Shown here: positions 1-6,097 of the stretch, in pieces
How positions within the stretch are numbered: position 1 is the first letter of the stretch
Layout: each line of letters opens with the position of its first letter
From: a virus
Taxonomy: Duplodnaviria; Caudoviricetes
Direction: 5' to 3' (one strand)
DNA: 24,028 bases
IMG/VR virus record: IMGVR_UViG_3300047288_000016
Location: 1-24,028 of that record
The notes under the pieces: model-generated
What the model was told of the DNA's origin: nothing
Databases searched by the model: none
What the model saw: the letters and a program-made list of their open reading frames with translations, nothing else
Made by a program: the position numbers and the translations under genes

Positions 1-232
1 GGACATCGCTATCCATATCAGCGAGTGACTGTGACTGCTGAACCGGAGCATCTTTCGGCTTAGGCTCGGACAAGATAAACCAGCCATCGCTACCAAACGG
101 CATTGATTCCATCTTGAGAGATAGACCCTTGGCTGTTTCCATCACTACGCCTACTTTCATCCAGCGATTCTTTTCCTCACCAGACTTGGTGGTGTACGTT
201 CCGGTTTTAGCGATCACTTCATACTTAACCAT
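1..232 (-). CDS. Small SSB-like protein (3' end truncated by the window edge)
   Basis: Not in the ORF track. Manual translation from ATG 232 gives MVKYEVIAKTGTYTTKSGEEKNRWMKVGVVMETAKGLSLKMESMPFGSDGWFILSEPKPKDAPVQQSQSLADMDSDV(P..). It has a beta-rich body and an acidic tail resembling the SSB DDIPF tail, overlaps the exonuclease stop, and follows exo/ERF. Confidence 0.6.
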   Translation of the reverse strand, partial: MVKYEVIAKTGTYTTKSGEEKNRWMKVGVVMETAKGLSLKMESMPFGSDGWFILSEPKPKDAPVQQSQSLADMDSDV

Positions 233-857
233 TTGACTTCTCCATGCGTTTGTTTAGGGATGCTACGGTTGCTTCTACTTCTGCTAAAAACTCAGTTACT
301 TCATTCTCCATTGCCAAGATGTATTTGTCATCAGCGTTAACCCTAACAATGAACAATTGGAGTCCATCTGGCAGACGGGGATCGAATGATACAAAGTCGC
401 ACCACTTTCGTCCAGTGCAAGCCATCTGCGCCATCATCTGCGGGATGTATTTCTTGGGCGGCTGATCTGCCTCCAAGTACTCTAGGTGCGTGGTTGACTG
501 CGGACACTTTATTTCAACCAGCCCATCATCTCCCACCAAACCATCAGGCGAACATCCAAACCACTTAATCGTCGGGTGATCTACAAAGGCTACCTGATCT
601 ACAAGATTGCCCGTAGCGACCTCGTAGGCGGCTCTGGCAAGCGGTTCTGTTTCAACCCCCCATTCCATAGCGGCATTGGTAAACCCTTCTGTTTTTTTAC
701 CCGTTAACCGTTCAACGATTAACTCTGTCCGCAGATTTCGACGGGAGGCAGACTCTCCCGTTTTTGCTTTAGACAGTACGTCAGCGACACGGGAAGCTGT
801 CACCTTCCCGATTCTTAGAGCGTGCCATTCAGGACTGCCCTGTACGATGCTAGACAT
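225..857 (-). CDS. YqaJ/lambda-exonuclease family recombination exonuclease
   Basis: Motifs QGSPEWHALRIGKVTAS, AMEWGVETEP, CSPDGLV, LVEIKCP, YIPQMMAQM and WCDFVSFDPR. Confidence 0.93.
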   Translation of the reverse strand: MSSIVQGSPEWHALRIGKVTASRVADVLSKAKTGESASRRNLRTELIVERLTGKKTEGFTNAAMEWGVETEPLARAAYEVATGNLVDQVAFVDHPTIKWFGCSPDGLVGDDGLVEIKCPQSTTHLEYLEADQPPKKYIPQMMAQMACTGRKWCDFVSFDPRLPDGLQLFIVRVNADDKYILAMENEVTEFLAEVEATVASLNKRMEKSNG

Positions 858-1392
858 CCGTTAGCTCCTTTTTGCGCTCATCCTTGGCGGCAGACAGTTT
901 GGTGATAGCGTCCTTGTCTGTCTTAAACATGGCATAGGCGGCTGTATAGTGAGCCTTTAGCTGGTCTAGTGACTCGGCTGACATAATGCTCTTGAGAGCC
1001 ACAGAAACGTCCTGTGTGGGCTTTCTAGAGGCGGCATTACCGTCATCATCCTCCGGGGCGATTCCACACGCTGCCATCAGGCTGTAGCGTCTGGCGTATG
1101 TCAATGCTGAACCGTAGCCTTGTGGGTCTTGCTTGGCGGCAGGGACGTGGAGTTTGCCGGATGACAATGTTTCGCCTGACTCATGTATCAACATTGTTTC
1201 TACAATCACACCCGTATCGGACTCATGGCAGTTCTGCATAAGACCGATCCCGTTGTTGTTTAGGGCATCAATTACAGCCTCTACGCAAGCAGATAGATCA
1301 GCATACTTGCTACGGAAATGCGGGTTAGTGGACGACTTGAGAGCAGGCCCAAACTCCTTCTGGGCTTTTACGAAAGCGGCATGGATTTTCAT
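850..1392 (-). CDS. erf: ERF-family single-strand annealing protein
   Basis: NPHFRSKYADL, the ERF signature QGYGSALTYARRYSL and GIAPEDDDGN; adjacent to the exonuclease. Confidence 0.92.
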   Translation of the reverse strand: MKIHAAFVKAQKEFGPALKSSTNPHFRSKYADLSACVEAVIDALNNNGIGLMQNCHESDTGVIVETMLIHESGETLSSGKLHVPAAKQDPQGYGSALTYARRYSLMAACGIAPEDDDGNAASRKPTQDVSVALKSIMSAESLDQLKAHYTAAYAMFKTDKDAITKLSAAKDERKKELTDV

Positions 1393-1583
1393 TAGATTTC
1401 CTCAACAATAACTTTGAACTTACGGTTGTTGGCTTCGACAATAAACGCACCGTTAATTACCTCGGTTACGGATTCAATCGGAAGCACAGCGGACATTAGG
1501 ATGGCAAAGTTGGCTTCTTCTGCAAGCTCATCAATCAGTTCTTGACGCTCCAACTGTTGCTGGTGGTGTTCTGCCTCAGTCAT
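1392..1583 (-). CDS. Hypothetical protein (63 aa)
   Basis: Translationally coupled to both neighbours; AGGAG upstream. Confidence 0.7.
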   Translation of the reverse strand: MTEAEHHQQQLERQELIDELAEEANFAILMSAVLPIESVTEVINGAFIVEANNRKFKVIVEEI

Positions 1584-1666
1584 AGCACGATCACTCCTGA
1601 ACCGATAAGTACAGCGATGGCGATCATGGAACAGCCTACGATGGCGTAGATGGTTTTGTCGTACAT
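1580..1666 (-). CDS. 28-aa hydrophobic (single transmembrane) peptide, first gene of the recombination operon
   Basis: MYDKTIYAIVGCSMIAIAVLIGSGVIVL*; strong RBS CAAGGAGAAAACAA-ATG; ATGA overlap with the next gene; below the ORF-track cutoff. Confidence 0.7.
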   Translation of the reverse strand: MYDKTIYAIVGCSMIAIAVLIGSGVIVL

Positions 1667-1719
1667 TTGTTTTCTCCTTGTAACGCTTCTATTTTGTGCT
1701 TGTTTGTGGGTTATGTGTA

Positions 1720-1735
1720 TAGGTGTTTTCCCTAA
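1720..1735. promoter_or_regulatory. Palindromic TAGG-N7-CCTA operator, copy 1
   Basis: TAGGTGTTTTCCCTAA, directly upstream of a weak leftward promoter candidate (TACACA-17-CAAAAT). Confidence 0.55.
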
Positions 1736-1738
1736 TTG

Positions 1739-2047
1739 CTAAAACTCCATTTCTTTCAGTTGATACCGCCCGTTATCGCCCCGCCACCAACCGTGTACGA
1801 TCACACGCCATCCTGACCGCAGCATCTCCGGTAAGGCCTCGCTCTCCTCTATCTTGCGGATACGGCTAGACATATTGGACTTGCTCGTAACCTGGACAGC
1901 CAAGGTTTCCCCGTTGCCGATAGCTAGGATGTCGATACATCCAAACAAGTCATGGCGGCGTTTGGTGAAGTTGTTGTAATGCTCCACATTCGCAACCATG
2001 TAGCCTTGGTCTTTCAGGTGCTTAATCGTCCGTTGTGATGGGGTCAT
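1739..2047 (-). CDS. PD-(D/E)XK nuclease, Holliday-junction resolvase-like
   Basis: HLKDQGYMV...DLFGCIDILAI...LAVQVTS matches the D-x(n)-Q/E-x-K/T pattern of small phage resolvase-like nucleases. Confidence 0.65.
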   Translation of the reverse strand: MTPSQRTIKHLKDQGYMVANVEHYNNFTKRRHDLFGCIDILAIGNGETLAVQVTSKSNMSSRIRKIEESEALPEMLRSGWRVIVHGWWRGDNGRYQLKEMEF

Positions 2048-2477
2048 TTAACGCCTCTGTATAAGTCTTAATCTGCATAGGTGATAGACGCTCACCGCTT
2101 TTGTGCCTATCCCGTAGCCTGTACGCCCATGCTTTAGGATCGCTAGGTGTAAACGCTTCTTTGACCAATTTGGCCATTTCCTTTGTAACCACTACCTCAT
2201 CTGCTTTTGGCTCTGGCAGCGCTGTGTATGCAGGAGGTGGCGCTTGCCTGCACAAATCCCGAAACTGGAGCATAGATGGACAGCGGTCAGCAGGCAGATG
2301 ATCTAGCGCAAACTTTATCGCATCTGGTCTGTCCTTGAACCCGGCTAGGCATTGTTGCCATTCCGCCTTAACAGCCGCAGGATCAAGACCGGAATAGCGC
2401 TTGGCTATGTCTACACCGTAAATCAAAGCTAGTTTGTGGAACAGCTTGTCAACCCATTCTATCGGTAGCATCGTCAT
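2022..2477 (-). CDS. Putative replication protein P-like / helicase loader
   Basis: WVDKLFHKLALIYG...W...L...PSMLQFRDLCR and ALPEPK resemble lambdoid P-like proteins; lies downstream of the O-like gene. Confidence 0.5.
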   Translation of the reverse strand: MTMLPIEWVDKLFHKLALIYGVDIAKRYSGLDPAAVKAEWQQCLAGFKDRPDAIKFALDHLPADRCPSMLQFRDLCRQAPPPAYTALPEPKADEVVVTKEMAKLVKEAFTPSDPKAWAYRLRDRHKSGERLSPMQIKTYTEALNDPITTDD

Positions 2478-2643
2478 CTCCCATAACGAACCATTCGTAT
2501 ATCTCGTTGATGATTTCTTCGCCCTGCATGACCATAATCGTTTCTTTGGACGGGGTATCAGTATGTTTATGCGCTCTCTGCCAACCGTAGGACAGCCCGT
2601 TATCGATACACTGCTCTAGCACTCGAATAGTCTTGGCTTTCAT
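2449..2643 (-). CDS. Hypothetical protein (64 aa)
   Basis: Fits the operon; GGAG upstream. Confidence 0.6.
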   Translation of the reverse strand: MKAKTIRVLEQCIDNGLSYGWQRAHKHTDTPSKETIMVMQGEEIINEIYEWFVMGDDDATDRMG

Positions 2644-2644
2644 C

Positions 2645-3076
2645 TCACATCTCCAAATAGGGTACTGAGGGTTTCAATAGTGCTGCCACTTCGTCCTGCT
2701 TACTACGAGTCCATTCAGCTTTAAACCCTGTCCAGCCACGGCTACAACACTCTCGTAGAGCCGCCTCTAGCGTCATCCCTGCCTTCATAGCTTCGTTGGC
2801 TATACCTTCGATTGCCCTAGCGGTAATCGGCGCTTTCTTGGCGTTTCTGAGGGCTTTAAAGTCTGCCCACGTTTGCTCAGACACACCGTCCGGCAATCCC
2901 AGACCATTCCTGATTTGAGTACGTTCCTGCTTAACTTTGGTTTGCCTGTTTTCCGTCTTTTCGTCTAGCAGCAGGCAAATCATGCTAGACAGGCTACGGT
3001 TGTCAGCCTGGGCTAGTTCTGTCAGATGTTGCCTCATAGTTTCTGACATTCTGATAGTGACGTATACGTTTTTCAT
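2645..3076 (-). CDS. Ribbon-helix-helix (Arc-like) domain fused to a phage replication-initiator C-terminal-like domain
   Basis: The N-terminus VYVTIRMSETMRQHLTELAQADNRSLSSMICLLL is Arc/CopG-like. The C-terminus LPDGVSEQTWADFKALRNAKKAPIT...ECCSRGWTGFKAEW resembles phage replisome-organiser C-termini. Confidence 0.6.
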   Translation of the reverse strand: MKNVYVTIRMSETMRQHLTELAQADNRSLSSMICLLLDEKTENRQTKVKQERTQIRNGLGLPDGVSEQTWADFKALRNAKKAPITARAIEGIANEAMKAGMTLEAALRECCSRGWTGFKAEWTRSKQDEVAALLKPSVPYLEM

Positions 3077-3270
3077 GCCTCATCCCAAGGTTCAAGTTGT
3101 TCGGTAATGTCGGTAATGCTGAATGCGTCCTCAATGTCTAGCGTCTCTACTACATCCCATGCCGACTTTGGCAGGTCAAGCGCTGCATCCCATGCGTACT
3201 CATCATCCTTGTGGGTAACGATGACCTCTACCAGTTGTCTGCGGTATGCTCGGATTCTGTACGTTTGCAT
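3073..3270 (-). CDS. Hypothetical acidic protein (65 aa)
   Basis: Start reassigned to ATG 3270 because the RBS CAAGGAGAAACAAA directly precedes it. Confidence 0.7.
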   Translation of the reverse strand: MQTYRIRAYRRQLVEVIVTHKDDEYAWDAALDLPKSAWDVVETLDIEDAFSITDITEQLEPWDEA

Positions 3271-3335
3271 TTTGTTTCTCCTTGGTTTGTATTCACTACA
3301 ACCACAGTACACCACTTTAACTCACGTTGTGTATA

Positions 3336-3351
3336 TAGGGACAAACCCTAA
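3336..3351. promoter_or_regulatory. Palindromic TAGG-N7-CCTA operator, copy 2
   Basis: TAGGGACAAACCCTAA, upstream of a leftward promoter candidate (TACACA-18-TACTGT). Confidence 0.55.
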
Positions 3352-3392
3352 CGCATTAGGAAATAATTGTGCTTGTATTATTTCCGCAACAG

Positions 3393-3420
3393 TTGCAATC
3401 CTTTATGGATTAGGTATACT
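3393..3420 (+). promoter_or_regulatory. Sigma70-like rightward promoter
   Basis: TTGCAA-16 bp-TATACT, directly before the structured RNA region. Confidence 0.6.
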
Positions 3421-3425
3421 TGTAA

Positions 3426-3732
3426 TGTTGCTAAGGCGAACAGCGACAAAGACCGTTTAGGTCTGTGCCTCCCATTGGGCGACAATCCGGTGGTGTTTCG
3501 CCAGGTGCAGACTTAAACGGTTTTTTACCGATTAGCAACCGCCAGAATCGTCGGGTGACAATACGGCAGGGTCTGGGGATAGTCGCTACTGTGGGGTTAG
3601 GTGTGAGACAGCGACAAGGGTGGCGAAGTTAGCGCCCAACACCGAACGGCTGACGGGTTCCGTGGCTCCGAAGAGCAGGATGAAGGACTTAGCTACCGCT
3701 AGGATAGGCTAGGTTCGTCCACCAAAGAGCAG
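3426..3732 (+). ncRNA. Candidate structured non-coding RNA (C4/CI-like three-way junction plus a downstream multi-stem domain)
   Basis: A 23-bp stem (3448-3470/3503-3525) encloses two small hairpins and ends in a U-run. At least five further hairpins follow, up to ~3716. No credible ORF is present. Confidence 0.55.
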
Positions 3733-3740
3733 ATGTATAA

Positions 3741-3767
3741 ATACTAGTAATACTACTAATACTAATA
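3741..3767. repeat. Three tandem 9-mers ATACTA(G/C/A)TA in an AT-rich tract
   Basis: ATACTAGTA ATACTACTA ATACTAATA. Confidence 0.75.
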
Positions 3768-3883
3768 AATGTAATTATTGCTATATAGTGAGAATATGCA
3801 GTAGCTGGTGCTAGGTGTTGGCTACCTAGTGTGTTTTCCTTGTGTGTTAGTCCTACAAAATCCCGCCTTACGGAAGCCAGCTA

Positions 3884-3911
3884 TTGCATATTTCTAAAAA
3901 ACAGGTACAAT
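3884..3911 (+). promoter_or_regulatory. Sigma70-like rightward promoter
   Basis: TTGCAT-16 bp-TACAAT. Confidence 0.6.
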
Positions 3912-3916
3912 TTCTG

Positions 3917-4000
3917 CGGGGTAGTGTTTTCTCCTCCTTGTACATTACCCGATCAGGTAGCTAGACCCAGTCCCCCGCCCGAGTGCGGGGGATTCCTTTT
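3917..4000 (+). ncRNA. Candidate ~80-nt sRNA/leader with an anti-SD loop
   Basis: Stem GGGTAGTGT/ACATTACCC (3919-3950) with loop TTTCTCCTCCTTGT, lying between a promoter and a terminator-like hairpin. Confidence 0.5.
3969..4000 (+). terminator. Rho-independent terminator-like hairpin
   Basis: AGTCCCCCGC-CCGAGT-GCGGGGGATT followed by CCTTTT. Confidence 0.6.
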
Positions 4001-4009
4001 GGAGCTAAG

Positions 4010-4660
4010 GTGATACCGAGAAAACTGCACATTGTGTGGGTCGGAGACGAAAGTAAACGCCCGGACAATTGCATCAACACATGGCGCAACAAGAATCCAG
4101 GCTGGGAGATTAAGGTCTGGGGGAACAAAGAGCTTGCGGAAACTCCGTGGCGCAATGCCAAGCACATGATGGACTTTGCCAAGCGTGAGCTTTGCGGTGT
4201 TGCTGACCTTATGCGCTATGAAATCCTGTATGCGGAAGGTGGCTTGGCTGTCGATGCTGATAGCGTGTGTCTAAAACCGTTACCGTCTTGGCTAATGGAT
4301 GCAGAGGAATGGTGCTGTTGGGAAAATGAGATTAAGCGTCCTGGACTATTGGCAGTTGGCTACCTCGCAGCGAAGGCGGGCAGTCCGTTTATCGGACAGA
4401 TCATCGAGGATATCTACGCAGACGACCTTACGGGCAGACCCGCATGGCAAGCAACAGGCCCCGTCCGGCTTACCGAGATATTCGAAAAATTCGAATACCC
4501 TAACTTAACCATCTACCCGTCCCACTATTTCATCCCAGAACACTTTACCGGGCAGCGTTATACCGGATGCGGACATGTGTTTGCCAAACAGTTCTGGGGC
4601 AGCACCCACAAAATCTACGATAGTTTGTACATGCAGGAGTGCATAGATGAACGAGAATAA
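4010..4660 (+). CDS. Glycosyltransferase, DXD sugar-binding (GT32/OCH1-like)
   Basis: IPRKLHIVWVG, ADLMRYEILYAEGGLAVDADS and TGPVRLT; GTG 4010 preceded by GGAG. Confidence 0.85.
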   Translation: MIPRKLHIVWVGDESKRPDNCINTWRNKNPGWEIKVWGNKELAETPWRNAKHMMDFAKRELCGVADLMRYEILYAEGGLAVDADSVCLKPLPSWLMDAEEWCCWENEIKRPGLLAVGYLAAKAGSPFIGQIIEDIYADDLTGRPAWQATGPVRLTEIFEKFEYPNLTIYPSHYFIPEHFTGQRYTGCGHVFAKQFWGSTHKIYDSLYMQECIDERE

Positions 4661-5309
4661 GTTCATCATCACCTCTACGGTTGCCACAGACTTTGGTACT
4701 GGCGACAGATTGCATGAAACTTTAATGACCATACAAAGCATTAGAAAGCGTTTAGACGCAAAAATTTACCTAATTGATAGTTCGGTACACGATTGGGACG
4801 AAAACCCCGTCAGAGAGGCTGTAGACACGTTTCTGAGGGTGTCTGATACGCATACCAGAAACATCATCGAGTCTGGCTACGGAATGCCGTTTGTCAAGTC
4901 TGCAACGGAGGTGTATCTCATGCAGATTGCGCTAGACCTGATTGGGTACAGCGGCGGCGTAGTGTACAAGATAAGTGGCAGATACCGGCTTAATGACAAT
5001 TTTACTGAACATAAAGGTCAAAAGTTTAGGTTTCTAAAACCCATGCCTACGGGCATTCCGTTTGAGAAATGCAAGACAGACGGGATGCTGATGACGAGGC
5101 TGTATAGCTTTCCTGGTGAGTTCAGGACGTACTTTAGTAACGTGCTTGTCCAGGTCAACCGATACCTGTGGAAAACATACAGTTCTGGTGGGCTGACTGA
5201 CATAGAACACGGGCTGTACGAGCATCTGCCGCACGACTTGTGCAACTTTGTAGAAACCATAGGTGTAGAGGGCAGGATCGGACACCTAACAACAGAGGTG
5301 AGGGAATAA
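4647..5309 (+). CDS. Hypothetical protein, possible GT-A-fold glycosyltransferase
   Basis: Overlaps the GT32 gene; TLMTIQSIRK, IYLIDSS, YKISGRY and DIEH motifs resemble phage GT-like proteins. Confidence 0.5.
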   Translation: MNENKFIITSTVATDFGTGDRLHETLMTIQSIRKRLDAKIYLIDSSVHDWDENPVREAVDTFLRVSDTHTRNIIESGYGMPFVKSATEVYLMQIALDLIGYSGGVVYKISGRYRLNDNFTEHKGQKFRFLKPMPTGIPFEKCKTDGMLMTRLYSFPGEFRTYFSNVLVQVNRYLWKTYSSGGLTDIEHGLYEHLPHDLCNFVETIGVEGRIGHLTTEVRE

Positions 5310-5437
5310 TGCCACCAGTTTCAAAGGCTCAGGAACGGCTGTTTCAGGCTGTTGCCAACAGCAAAGAATTTGCACAGAAGGTAAACATTCCGCAGAAGGT
5401 TGCGAAAGAGTATCTAGGAAAAGGGAAAAAGAAATGA
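5309..5437 (+). CDS. Small basic protein (42 aa)
   Basis: MPPVSKAQERLFQAVANSKEFAQKVNIPQKVAKEYLGKGKKK; TAATG coupling and GAGG upstream. Confidence 0.7.
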   Translation: MPPVSKAQERLFQAVANSKEFAQKVNIPQKVAKEYLGKGKKK

Positions 5438-5556
5438 TGAAATCAGGCAAATGTACCGACAACGGCAACCGTGTCAAGGCGGCGATGAAGGCTGCTGGCA
5501 AGGGCAAGGAAAAGATGCCCGCATACGGCAAGCCGATGAAAGAGAAGAAAAAGTAA
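5434..5556 (+). CDS. Lys-rich small protein (40 aa)
   Basis: MMKSGKCTDNGNRVKAAMKAAGKGKEKMPAYGKPMKEKKK*; ATGA and TAATG overlaps on either side; not in the ORF track. Confidence 0.65.
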   Translation: MMKSGKCTDNGNRVKAAMKAAGKGKEKMPAYGKPMKEKKK

Positions 5557-5729
5557 TGCCTTGGCTACCTATCCTCTTTGTCTGCATGATGGGTAGCTGT
5601 GATTTTATGGTGGGCGATGTAGAGTGGTCTGCCAGTGAGTGTGAAAAGGTAATGATTGCTGCCGCTAAAGAGCTAGAAGTTGCTGGCGCTACGGTGGCAG
5701 GTGTGTGTATACAGGTTAAGATAACTTAG
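5556..5729 (+). CDS. Small Cys-containing hypothetical protein (57 aa)
   Basis: MPWLPILFVCMMGSC...C...GVCIQVKIT; TAATG coupling. Confidence 0.6.
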   Translation: MPWLPILFVCMMGSCDFMVGDVEWSASECEKVMIAAAKELEVAGATVAGVCIQVKIT

Positions 5730-5742
5730 GTATTAACCCTAA
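5727..5742. promoter_or_regulatory. Palindromic TAGG-N7-CCTA operator, copy 3
   Basis: TAGGTATTAACCCTAA, upstream of the small terminase gene. Confidence 0.5.
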
Positions 5743-5770
5743 CTACCCATGACCCGATAGGAGTGGGACT

Positions 5771-6097
5771 ATGAGCAGCAAACTAGAGAAAAATGGTGAC
5801 AGACCACTACCGCCTAACGCAGGCAAGGGTAGACCGAAAGGTGTACCTAACAAGTCAACAGCAACGGTAAGAGAGGCTATAGCTAACCTGCTAGAGCGTA
5901 ATGCAGAGAAGATGGACGAATGGCTACAGCTAGTGGCATACGGTGACTCAGAGCTAGGGGTAAAACCACAGCCTGATAAAGCACTAGACATCATGCAGAA
6001 GCTAGCTGAATACCACATACCCAAGCTATCCCGAACAGAGGTAACAGGCGAGGATGGCGGTGACGTTAGAGTGGCGGTGTCGTGGTTAAAGAAATAG
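5771..6097 (+). CDS. terS: Terminase small subunit (putative)
   Basis: GKGRPKGVPNK, and EVTGEDGG near the C-terminus; AGGAG RBS; directly upstream of TerL. Confidence 0.7.
   Translation: MSSKLEKNGDRPLPPNAGKGRPKGVPNKSTATVREAIANLLERNAEKMDEWLQLVAYGDSELGVKPQPDKALDIMQKLAEYHIPKLSRTEVTGEDGGDVRVAVSWLKK

Noticed and set aside
3448-3526. tRNA gene
   Set aside because: It is branched, but has no T-loop GTTC, anticodon arm or 7-bp acceptor geometry.
3741-3767. CRISPR-like array
   Set aside because: The units are adjacent 9-mers with no spacers, and no cas genes are present.
3811-3829. Fourth TAGG/CCTA operator
   Set aside because: The spacing is N9 rather than N7, so it is treated as a separate short inverted repeat.
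5727-6097. Amber (TAG) stop-codon reassignment
   Set aside because: The long genes are intact under code 11, and TAG stops fall at sensible gene ends.
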